A DNA stretch of 61,361 nucleotides, the filler included. It is 4 parts of 4 records of this genome, joined end to end, with 100 filler letters (N's around TTAATTAATTAA, not from the genome) between each part and the next. Parts side by side here need not be neighbours in the genome. Positions count along the whole stretch, not along the records: positions 32,000 to 40,370 come from DRR378314_1201; positions 40,471 to 52,155 come from DRR378314_1203; 2 more parts are not named here. One strand, 5' to 3'. Below the pieces are notes generated by a model. That model ran no database searches and was not told where the DNA came from. It was given only the letters and a program-made list of their open reading frames with translations. Below, in pieces: positions 36,994 to 49,100 of this stretch. Position numbers and translations under genes: made by a program. How positions within the stretch are numbered: position 1 is the first letter of the stretch; every line of letters starts with the position of its first letter.

Positions 36994-39900
36994 TCACTCG
37001 AGCTGCAGCTCCTTAGCGGCGTCGTGCATCAGCTTTCCGAGCGCCTCGCGTACAGCAGCAGTCCGCGAGCGCACAGCGTCGATCAATACGGGGAATAATC
37101 GTAGCAGATGCCCTCGACATCCGGAGCGCATCGCTGGGGGCTATCAACAGAAAAAAAAGGCAAGCGCAGCAGAAGAGATGGGAAGCGAGCCGTCAGGACT
37201 TGCTCGCGCCCGTGCGTGCGCGACAGAGCATGAATTCTGCATCGTAGTGGGCGCAAAACACTTCCAACCTCGTCTATGCTGGCGAAGCGTACAGCTGGCC
37301 GCACATGCGTCCCCTTCTTGAAGAGCAGAGGACACATGGGCCCACCACCGCATCACGCGCACGACTCAATCATACGCACTCATACGTGCGCGCGTAGCAA
37401 TATGACGACAATCCGCAGACCCACGGCTGCTCGCGCGTACCTCGGAAGCGAATGTGGGCTGAAGCAGCGCGTATGTGACATCTGGGTGTAGCGTGAGCGT
37501 CCGCAGGCGCTCCAGTACGAACATAATTTCCTCGTAGCGGAACCTGGAACACCAGCGAGATTCCAAGCATTAAGGCATCCAACAGGACACCACCCCAATA
37601 TACCCGTAAGAAGCAAAGTCCTCAGTCACTACGGTTCCACGCAGCACAGAGGTAGGCGCAGATTGACTCCTTGCAAGGCACTGCCACCGTGCAAGCGCAG
37701 GAAAGCAAACGCCCACGAGTCGGCCCGATCAGATTCCTGCACCAGCATTCACAGGGCTCAGCGGACGATCAAAGTGACTACGGAGCTGCCATGGAATACT
37801 TGAACATCGAAACACGATCGACAAAACTCCACGTGCAGACCACTCCTAACCCGGAATGCGGAGGCCATCATTCCGATAGTAACCCACAAGGATATACGCG
37901 GCAGGACGCCAAAGTACCCACTACCGTTCCCAAGCGTGCACGAAAATAATAATATTACTGCTGCACGCCGCATCTGCATCCCGCTGCTGTTCAATTGAGG
38001 CGCATGCGAGTATTCTGGACTTCGCTTGCTCTTTGAAAGCAAACGAAATGGCCAAGAATCTAGTTCCCGCGGAAACACCTCGCGCGCGCTTCTGGGAGAC
38101 GGTTCGGCACGGCTGTGGGAGCATTTCTCAAGCTCCTCAAGGAGACCCTCGACGAAATTACAAACGGGGAAGAAATTGGCTACAGCTCAAAGTCGTAGCA
38201 AGTTTCCTGCTCTTCAAACGCACTTTGGAAGAGGACAGTCGCCGCACTCTTCTTCGTCGCGCAGAAAGGCAAGCATATGTGACGCGCAACGCGATACAAG
38301 AAGTGGGGCGGCAAGCGGGGCAAGGATTTCGCTCGCCGCATCGTCCAGCTCCACCGTCCCCGTTCGCTCCCTTCGGCGCGACTCGCCCGAGACTCCTCCA
38401 TCGGCAAAATGACAAATGTCAAGCAGCGCTTCAAAGCAATGAATCGAGAACGCCGCACGGCCTCCCAGTGCGGGCGCGTGACAGCACCCGCGATCAAAAA
38501 GCGCCAACAGCTGTCGCTGCACCTGTACGCGCGTGGCCCCGCGCCGCAGGCGCACGTGAAGCATAGCACACAAGACCGCGCATTCGTATCAGGAAACAAA
38601 AGCAGACTGCCAGCTGCTGAAGGTGAAAATAAAGCCCAGAACTGTGGCAAGATGTCACACATACAATGCCACAAGCAGAAACACTGCTTTCTCCGCGCAC
38701 GTACAAAAAGGAGGAAATATCTACCATTCAAGCGCACAGCTATGTTGCCGAGGACAGCGGCCAACTCCTGCTTGGCAATCAGGTGATTCATGCTACCAAG
38801 ATCGCTTCGCGGCACTCGTCGTGACAAGATCTTTTTTCCAGGTTGCCTTGGTTGCGAGAAACCGCAGACGAAGAAACAATGCAGACGTATGGCGCAAACT
38901 ACGCCACGCCATCAGAAACGCCTGGAGCTTCCCGTGCATGCCATGCCATAGCGGTCTTGCTGCGGCACTGCCGCAGACGAAACGGGCACGAGCCCGCGCA
39001 CGCGGCGCTCCGTACCTCGAGAGGCTGTCCGGCACACGCGGGTACAACATCCGCAAGCACGCTACGCAGCACAGCGAGCTGCGCAGACTCAACACGGTCA
39101 AGAGAGGGACCGAAGGCGCTCTCCGAAGCATCGCCTGTCGCCACAGCCGCTCCGTGTGCGTCCATCTCTCCAATTCCATCTGCCCCGTAGAGAAACGCGC
39201 GCACTGTGTCCAGCATGTCAAGCCAGCACTGCACACGTGCCGCTTTGGTGCCAGCTGCGCCGGAGAAAGCACCGCACGCTTCTGCAGCATCTTTGAGATC
39301 TTCGTCGCGCGCGGCAGCGAGTATCGGCACACAGCGTCGCAGCAACCTGAACCGCCCGTGCAATAAAAAACAAAACAACACAAGAGAGCATAGCAAACAC
39401 ACGTGCATTCAGTGGCCAAGGTGATATCGCTTAGCGCATCAATTGTCACATACACAAGCACCCCATCGCCCGCAATTAAGTTGGCAGAAGTGCGTATTGA
39501 CGGGGAAGAGGCGGTTTTGCACCTTGAACACCATTCTCTCGCATGCACCCGAAGCAGAAACGCTCGTAAGCACACGCAGCAGCTCGTCCCCGTATCCACA
39601 CACTAGCGTGCACAATGAAGCACATAGAGAGTATGATGCCTGCGGCTAAACCAGCTGCGCAAGGACACGCAACACGACGTATGGGCGTAGGTAGCGCGAA
39701 ACAACACAGAAAACGACGCATTGGTACTGCAATGCTTGGGTTCGTGAAGACGCGTTCCCTCAACGGGTTCCATTACACTGCGAGTGCTAGCCCTACAATG
39801 CGAAATCGCATTACAGGCACAAGGACGGGACACTTGCTGACCTACAAAAGCTCTCACGTGCAAGAAGCACCTAGCTGCGGCGCAACTTGTCTGCAAAACT

Positions 39901-40370
39901 AGCTTCGTTTGCGCGCAAACCGCGCACCCTCCTCGAACTCACCTGACAAGCGCATCAACGCCGTCTTCCCACAAGCAATGTTCAATTGTGAGCAGCACTG
40001 GCCGCAGGGCTACAACGCCCGCAGAAAGCGACGCAAACGCAATCGAGGGATCACTTCCCACATCGCTCTCGACAATTCCAAGTGCTGACGCTGCAGCACG
40101 TCGTTCAAACTGTCGGAATGACTGGGCTGCTTCACGATCTTGCGCCGCGTCACGGCCAATCGCGTCGCAGTCCAGTGCGACCACACCGCTGCTCGGCCAT
40201 TGCTTCCACAAAACCTCCACCAGCTTGACAGTTACAACTGCCGGCGCATCGAGTGTTGTCAAAACTTCGAGCACCGCCGCCTGTGCGGGAGAAACCGCGC
40301 GCGCGGGCGCATTTACTTGCGGCGTAGCGCCAGCAATCGACGACACAGACGCGCATCCAGCAAGCGTTTG
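36994..40370 (-). CDS. MON2: MON2-like Golgi/endosome scaffold, C-terminal part (5'-truncated by the contig end)
   Basis: Helical exons including VPRFRYEEIMFVLERLRTLTLHPDV, and a terminal exon RGHLLRLFPVLIDAVRSRTAAVREALGKLM...LE*. Both resemble the C-terminus of plant/fungal MON2. Internal exon boundaries are not fully resolved. Confidence 0.72.
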
Positions 40371-40470
40371 NNNNNNNNNNNNNNNNNNNNNNNNNNNNNN
40401 NNNNNNNNNNNNNNTTAATTAATTAANNNNNNNNNNNNNNNNNNNNNNNNNNNNNNNNNNNNNNNNNNNN
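40371..40470. other. Artificial contig-joining spacer (N44-TTAATTAATTAA-N44)
   Basis: Same six-frame-stop linker. Confidence 0.97.
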
Positions 40471-42190
40471 GGTGCGACGTGGGTGCTTCCGTGTGGAGCT
40501 TTCTTGCTCTCAGCTGCACGATGTTTGTTGCTGGTGGGCGCAATAAAGCTCCAGCAAGCGCTGCCATTCAAGCCAATGGGGCACGACGACGTGTGAGGGA
40601 ATATGAACAGGACTGGTAGTACAATCAAAATATATCCGGATCGTGGCGACTTCGGGTTTGTAGATGACGTTTTTGTTTAGGTGGAGGAGGTGTGGAAGGT
40701 TCGTACCACTGCTATCGCCCTGGTCCTCTTTGTGATTGCTCCGAGTATGCCGCAGCTTGCGCCGCCACACAATATCAAGAGCGTGAATATGGGCAGATGT
40801 ATGTTTGAAGTGCTCGTTCGTCGCAGGAAGGGAATCATCGGGCCTGACGCGGAAACTGCGGCCGAGAGCTTTGCGAGGCTTTTGGGCATCATTGAAGAGG
40901 AGAGAGAGCCGCGTGTTTCCGTCCTGTTCAACGGATAAATTCGCCCATGTCGTCGCGCACCCAACGATACGTCAAACGGTGAGCTTATTATTGCGATAAG
41001 AAAAACTCTGCGTGATGGAAAGATTGGCAGGGGCTTCTTTGGTGTCACAAAAGAAAGTAAGAAAATCGTAGAGAGTGAGAGCTATGACTCAGGTTTGGAT
41101 GGTGTCGAGCAGCGCTGCCACTGGTCCAATAGGCGCAAGAAGGATGATGACGTGGACGATGCGAGTGAAACTTGAGGAATATTGCGATGCGCGCCGTATA
41201 TATCAACGATTTTATCAGGGTTATCGTTTGATAAGGAGCAGTTTGATGTACTCCTCGTTTTCGCGATTGTGTGCGCGCGCAGTAAGACGGTGTAACAATA
41301 CTGGAGATTTCCCCCTACCTGCGAGAGAACAAGGCTCGTCTTTGCACCCATGGGGCCTATTGTAGTGATCCTGTGGCGCTAAACGGTGTGGAGGGCATGT
41401 TGAGGCAATAGCTTGCCGGGACGCTATCGAGCTAGGATCCCAAGCTTTGAGAATGAACAAAGATCAACGCCGGTGGAGGTTATGGGCAGTAAGATTGACC
41501 ATTAGGCGTTAGAGGGCCAAGGTGATCTGACGGAATGGTCTTGCACAAGAGAGAAAATGTTTTGCTGTTCGCACGTGTGAACAGGTTGAAGCACTGCCTA
41601 GGATTAGAGAATATTAATGAAGCTTGCACCGTAAAAGGTAGCCTCGAACGAGTATTCTGTTGCTGACAATATATAGTGGACATGTGAAGCCGTTGGTATA
41701 CATGTGAAGTTAAAAAAGAGCACGAATGCTGCTCTGAAGAAAATATTCGAGCAATGGACCTTACGCACATTCTGTATTGTTTTTTTTTTCAAGGAACGGA
41801 AAGAGAACACGTTCATACGCATACACACTAACTCCGATGAAAAAGTCGGCGGAGTACGTGAAAGGGATCGAGAAGATAACATGGGAACTTCTCTTCAATC
41901 TCAAGCACGCGAAGAACCAGAAACTTGGAATAGAATCTAACACCTCAGAATTCGGGTCTCCGTAGACTTACGACGAACCATCAACGATGGAGGGCATACT
42001 CACACAGAAGAAGAGACTCGTCGATATCTCACGAGCCTTCAAGAGCGGAAGGAAGCAACGATCATTGCGGAGTATCCGAATCCTGAAGATACTCAGAGAA
42101 TGCTACGGTTATCATATTCTGTTGTACCAACTGGTTGAAATTTACTGCGTTTGTACCTCTGTGGTTACCGGGTACTTACGCTACGTGTAG
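40471..42190 (+). pseudogene. Possible decayed coding sequence of unknown origin
   Basis: One plus frame reads protein-like over about 750 nt (GDFGFVDDVFV*VEEVWKV...AESFARLLGIIEEERE...ELIIAIRKTLRDGKIG) but is interrupted by TGA, TAG and TAA. No family recognised. Confidence 0.3.
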
Positions 42191-45100
42191 CGAGCCGTCC
42201 TGTCCGACAGTTGCTTCGGCACGTCCGTTTCCATGCGAAGTTGCTCCCCCTACATGTGGAACTGGCCGAGGATCGCCGGTTGTCGTACTTTTCAAAACAA
42301 TTCTGTCGCCGGGAATAACTTGTACGCTTGTGCTGTGAGTTATATCTTCCGATTGTGCACTACCATTTCGATAGTGGAGTATTTTCCACGGATAATGAAC
42401 GTTACAATTTGCACCTAATTCTTGCTTAATGTCTTCCAACTGAAGTTGAAACGGCATTCTTCGCGATCCGCTGCGTAGAATGAAGAAGCAAGAAAATAGT
42501 GCGGAAATGCTTAGCAAGGATGGAGGCTGAGCTGTTTCAAGCGCTAGACGCCACCACGTTTGCAGACACGCATACACTCAACCCAAAACTCGCACGCGCA
42601 CAATATTTCATATATAGAAACTGATTTCGATTTGAGCCAAATAAAGATTGTTTGCAAACGGGTTCCACGCGCTGCTGCGCGAAAAAAAGGGTTATGCCAT
42701 GGAGCAATGCTGAGCACCCCTGCTCGTGCGCACGTGCCTCTCTCTGCGTGAGCGTTCCCCATCAACACGGACTCCTAGTGTACTACAAAATTCCTGAAAA
42801 ACCACTTCCACCATGCTTCTGATAAATATACCATCGTTTTTACGAATGTTCAGCAATGTGATTTGCAGAGCACGCGCGCGATGGTACAAGGGATCGCTGA
42901 GACTCTGACGTAGGTTTCATGGAACCCGACACGCGCAAGCGGCACCGGTGCGTCACAAGGGGCCTCAACGCAAACCCAACAGAAGTTACAACTGGCAGCG
43001 AAGCCCACCCATCTCAACACCCCGTCTCAACGGCCGACGCGACCCGTGAAAACATAATTTCGTCAGACTGTGCACATCTCAAAGCCAGTACACAAAGAAG
43101 CTAGATAAACTAATGCGCGTTGTGCGTACTGATATGCTATGTCTGCCGTAGCCACGCGCATATTTCAGCAAACGGACGAGCGTTTGGAGCGCGGCATTCG
43201 CACAACAGCGGAATTGTACCCGTTCGCGCGACAAGCTCCCGACTAGCCGCTCAGAGCTCCCTCGAATAGCCTGCAGGCCCCTTCACTCCAACTCAGCTCA
43301 GTTACCTGGTCAATTGATTGACGGTATTAGCCGATCGGTGGGAATTTATGCGAGTCTCTGAGTGTGCTGCGAGGCAGTAGTCCGCGACGAAGTTCGCAGG
43401 CTTTCAGCGGAAAAAAGAATGAGCGTGGCGCGTGCAACAATCCGCGCACGCCAGCGCCCCCTAAAATAAATACGTATAAATGTATCACCCACGTGTTTGA
43501 TTTCCCGCCCCCCCCCTGTTGCAATGGTTTCATGGTTGGCTGCGCGATACTCCAGCCGCCTGGATATATTATAAGAAATGATATCGGACAGTGCATTTCC
43601 AAGAAGCAAAACGAAAAGATGAGAGAGAAGGCACATGGGGAGCTTCTTTAGTTGAGGTTCGGTTTGTTGTTCGTCTAGTCCTAGTCGCAGCACTGGGGAG
43701 AACGCCAGTGCCAGATCCCCGCGATTGGCAAAATCGGAATCAGTGTGAATCGTTTTGCAGATCACACCAGAGATCATTGCAATGACATGATGAATGTAAA
43801 TTATGTGAATGATCGGCAAGGAAATGAAGGAGAAGAAAAATATTGCTCGTTTTCCATCCTTTTGTCCACCATCTTCATCGACTGAAGAGTGCACAGTACC
43901 TTGGCCGTTACAGGATGATGGTTCCGGAGAATACTCAACGATGCGGGGCGTTCCGCTGTTCATAGTTGCTCGGCCTCGTTCTCGCAAGCAAGCCCGTTCT
44001 CCTCTCCTTGAAGATTTTCATGACACATGCCAAATGTGGTCCGTAACCTTCTCGAGATCTATTCGTCCAACACTTGCAAATGCACCTGTGGCAATTCTCT
44101 CTCAGTGGGGTTGGACGTGCCATGAGAGAGTTTTGAGCCGGAGTTTGGGAGCGAGTGCTCAAGTGATGCGCCGTGGCGAGCTGGCACCAGGTGCGTGCTT
44201 GCGACACGCATGCGTCGGTGCTGTCTCGGTAAGGCTAGCTGGGGCGCTAGACTGTCCTTTTCTGCTCCACTTTTGCAGAGCGCATCTCTTTCGTGTGCCA
44301 ATGAGACGGATATCCTGTCGCAAAGTCTCTTTCTTTTCTCCCGTACAAGACGATCAGCTGCTGCTTGTTCGACAACCCTTCTGCTCCGTGCTTGTTCGGA
44401 AGCGATATCGGTGGCGTGTATGTTAATGATATCCCAGTAACTGTACACGCTCTTTGCGCCGTTTCTATCCACGACCCCTACTGAAGTTTGCTGTGGGAGC
44501 CACAAAAGCTCTCCATGCTCCCGTAGCTGCTCAGCATGCGGGGAGCGTGGCTACAGCGGCTCAACAAGCGGCCACGAAAGCTCCAGCAGCGGAAAATGCG
44601 ACCGAAGCATTCTCAGCAGCCTCAGCCTCTTCATCTGCTCCTAATGATGCTCGGTATGCCAAAGGGGCTTTAAAGGCAGCTGTTGCGGCGAAAGAGGCGT
44701 CTGCAGGCACACCGTCTGCAATAGCACACGTACACGTGAACACAGCCGCTCAACTTGCAGCTACAGCTGCTCTGTGTAAAGCCACAGCTGCTTAATATGC
44801 CACGAGACATGCTAAAACTTATCAGCAGCCAGGAAACCTACTCACACAACGAAGCTAGCGCATTCCGAATCGCTGGGAAGTATATTGTGTTCATCGCCAT
44901 GATTTGGCGCGTTGGGAAAGCAGCTATGCGTGCTTTTCGGCCGCGTGCGTCGCATTCTGTCAACTAAACCGCAAAAAAGAGAGGAGTAGGCGATGAGAGA
45001 ATTCTGGCATCTTGGGGTGGAAATGCATATGCATTGACTGGGCACCAGGAGTAACTCTGTCAAATTGATAAAAATAGAAGGCAATGAAACGCCTTCACGT

Positions 45101-46181
45101 GCACGATATCATGATGTAGGTCGTGTGCGCAAGGGCAACACCTCGTAGATACATAGTCACCGACCGCCATGGGTTACAAATGAAATATTGAGTAGGTTTT
45201 CTTGTTTATCGATTTTTGCCTTTTTTCCTTCACCACATCATGTATTCACCACATGTGTAATACTGCCAGGCACCAGTCCAACGTTGGAGTTTGCATCTTC
45301 TTTGACCTAAAGCTCAATTGTGCAAGTGTGCCCGCTTCAAGAACCAGTAGCCCCTCTCGCATCCGAACCACTTCTTTTCTTGTGCATGGATACCAGCTTA
45401 TTTTGTAGAATATTCTTCACATTCTTCAAAGAACGTACTTTTGGGCTCTCTTCCCTTCTTGCCCGAAAAAACTGAGTGCAGCTCATTGCTACAGAAGTGC
45501 ACGAGGAGCTGTGTCTGGGGCCGATATGGTTGCTTTGTAACCTTGGTCAAGGCGATGGTTATTCAAACAGCAAGCGCCTAGGACGTAAGCTGAACATGTA
45601 ATGAAATATTATTTCCGTTTCAGTGCGTCAGCTCCTCCGATCGAAATTGAATCGTAGAATTAACAATCATTAATGCTGCCCGTGACACTTGGCGAGCGCT
45701 CCATTTCAAACGATGGCTGTAGATATACGTACAGTTCGTAGATGCAATGAGCTGCAAACCGGCACCCAAGTCGGCAATCAAGCACTCTTCATGGTGATCC
45801 CAAACTAACGGCAGCTCACTTTATCCCGTACAGGACCTGATTTTGTGACCAAGGGAGCGTTCTCCAAAGATTCTGGCCTTCTCCATGAAAGAGTGGGAGC
45901 GGAAAGCATCCGCGAGTTGCTCTCATCAACGCTCTGCAGCTATTTGCTGGGTTTCTCTTACATTCTTCTACTGAGATTGGAACATGCCTAAGGAACGGCA
46001 CTGTGCCACTGCACTGATACTACCTCTGCAGATGCTATTAGGAACGATTCATGCGGATTTTCTGATCTTTTGCAAAGTAATGTAGGGTGTATTATTGATA
46101 TGCGTGAAAGTCACGGGTTAGGTCTCCCTACCAGTGTTGTGAGCGTTTAGAATTACAGTATCAACGATATCCATGCTTCAC

Positions 46182-49100
46182 CTACCCGCCGTCGCCATAT
46201 TTGCACGTAGCAGTTTCCCGCCGGCAAACACCCCCCACATGAAACAATGCCCGTCTTATTGCAGACCGCAGATCCTTCATCCCATTTGGTTTTAAGAGTA
46301 CCATTCTACCGTCCTTGTTATGCCCGGTCTCCAGTAGCTCTCCGTGTCTTCCCATGAACGCTAGGAGAGGTATAATGTCTTTGTCAGGTGCGCCACCGTT
46401 TGCCGCCGGGTCATCGAGGACGATGGTCGCACTTGGTTGTCGTAGGAAGAGCAGCTCAGTCATGCCGGCTCCCATGGGTCCGATGATGATATCGGAAGAG
46501 GCTGCGATTTGTAACTGTAGCAGAGGTTCGATACGTACGTGTTCACAAGAGGTGGTTACGTAGCCGCCAATGAAAGTATGTCGACGCATACGCACCATCG
46601 TGCGTGTGTTGCGCCGTGTGCCTCAAACGCGATACAGCCCGATCGGCACAACCGTTTTTTCGAGATCACGTGCACCCACAGAGGGAATGGACGTCCGGCC
46701 ACATCCTGAATCTTTGCTCAGTACGATCTAAATCAGGACATAGTGCTACGTCAGCGCCATGCAAACCGTAACGTCTACAGCCCGAGCAATCGAGCTCGCA
46801 TGCGGCCAAGGCTCTGCGATATATGCTGTCTACCTTTGACCTGACGCTTCCCCAAGAAAATCCGGCCCTGTCACTCCAAACATTCTGACAAAAATACGCC
46901 AAGACATACACAAGCCCACCGCAATATTTACATGGCGTAGCTTGAGGAAAAACATTCGCATTGCTGATTGGAGAATCAGTGTGGGATTGAAATGAGACGA
47001 CGAATCGTGCAATGCTAACCCCTCTCTGGGTAACAAATATCAATGTAAGAGGCGCAATGGCGTACTCACGTGCTCTCTGACCCAGGACTTTTGCCTCTCT
47101 CTCTCTCTCTCTCCCGTACTCGCTCTTAAACTATATATATTGTTCATCAATAAGAATTCCAGAAATCCGAGCAAGAGAACGACGCAGGGTTTGGTCTCAG
47201 CACAGCTTTAGAGGGGTGCAGATGATGTCGACGAAATGGTCGCCACGCAAGTTTTTCGTCCGACGTCAGGTATATATCAGAGCCACCTTCGGGGTAGGAG
47301 GAGACGAACCAATGGAAAGAAGCTTATTTCCACCAAACTACCTAACCATTGAATACATGATGTTTCAGGATTTACCAAGAGTAGATTCTAGCACTGGACA
47401 TGGCCAGCGCGCGTTTGCGGTGGAGCTGTGGCATGTGTGCGGCTCATTCTTCAAAGGAAAAAGGAATAAAAGGAATAGGGGTTCTCCTCCGAGAAGCACT
47501 ACACCAAGTGCGACTCACCACCTATTCTAAATGAATATCGTAGCAAACAAAAATCGTCCCTACTTTCCCCCTACGATATCACACAAAGCATCGTGAGGAA
47601 TGCAATTCAAGTATCAACGGGACAGTGGAGCGGCGCGTGCTGGTGCTATATAATCTGCGAATGGGTAATCTTTGTCTTGGCTGGTTGAATCACTGGTTGC
47701 CCTTCGTGGTTTGAAAGACACAGAAGACAATGAAAGAGATCCACCTTCCTTTGGAGCAAAAAATGAGTGCTTTTTGCTTCGAGCGAGTCTTTTTACCTAT
47801 CGATAGCTGTAGGCAAAAATAATTGACCGCGTCTACCACGCCTTCACTAGCGGAAAGCCGAAGCGCAGGTCGTCCGTGCCAAACCTCAACGCTTTGCTAC
47901 ACTGCGCGCCGAACAGAACGAATAATACCAGATGACATTGCACCGTCCGCACAACTACCAAATGTGGTCAACGGTCCTGAGAGCTAATCAGATCCCGTAC
48001 TCTACTCTCATCGTTGCTATATGCCAAACGTGCTCACGCTAAATCTAATTCATATACTCCTGTCTCTTGCCCGCCACATAGTCACATATCCAGAAACTAC
48101 ACAACTCTGCCCACCACGCCACAGCGTCGTACGTCACATTTTCTACCGGTCAAAATGAACACGCTCCAAACTTTGCACGACCCGTGCAAAACAAATAGAA
48201 CTTATCCCTTTAGCATACCGACGCACCTGTTCTGGTACTGTGTGCTCGAACGCGTCAAGAAAAACAAAGGTGCAGTCGCGAAATTTCGCGCACTCTTCCT
48301 TTATCGCATTCTTGATGAGCGCGAGCTCGGCTTTCTCCACCACACGTCGTCTTAAAAGCGATCGCCATTCGTGCTAAACGAACCATAAATTGTTATACGC
48401 GCGAAAACACTAGTGGGACACAAATACAGACCATACGAGGAATAATGTAGTTGCATGTGCACACTTCTGGTATGTACGGGCGTACGGTGTCGCAAGCTCT
48501 TGCGATGAGCTGTCGCAGCTCACCCGAGGTGTGACAATGCGGTGCGAATGCTAAAAGTTCATACAAACACATCCTTGTGACCACCAATTGGATGGGTATA
48601 ATCCGGAAGTAGTAGAGTGAGCCAAGGTGAGCGACGTATAAGCGAGGGCTGCGATAGTGTACTGCTCAATTGCGCGAGCAATACCCGCGCAGCCCAGACC
48701 AGCCGAACCAATCCATCGCACGATAAACTCTAACTTCTACTGTGCACAGCTTTTCATAAGCCTTATAAAGAGTCTCTTGAGGTATTGAGTTCCGTGGGAG
48801 TACGAAACCAGCCTGGAGCCTGCTACGTTTTCTGCTATCGGATAGACACTGTATACTCACACTACACAAGAGTACCACTTCGTACATGCAAGGCACACGA
48901 TAGATGCCCCGTACACTGTATCGTAACACGTAGGCAATGGATACAGCTACGCACGCTTACACACACACAATTTCGTAGATGCGATATGCATGAATATCGC
49001 GAATTTTCTTTATGATTCTCTATCTACCGCATGTTCTACTTGGCGGTGTACCGAAAAATGCTGCTCACTTGCACAGTCAACACCACGGCCCATGCGCACG

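Noticed and set aside
3619..40370. Apparent cluster of membrane-trafficking genes (FYVE, myosin-RUN, YKT6, MON2, GH99)
   Set aside because: It spans an artificial contig join, is interspersed with unrelated genes, and trafficking genes are abundant in eukaryotes.
40471..41300. Stop-codon reassignment or Sec read-through explaining the interrupted frame
   Set aside because: All three stop types interrupt the frame, and genuine genes in the window terminate with TAA, TAG and TGA.
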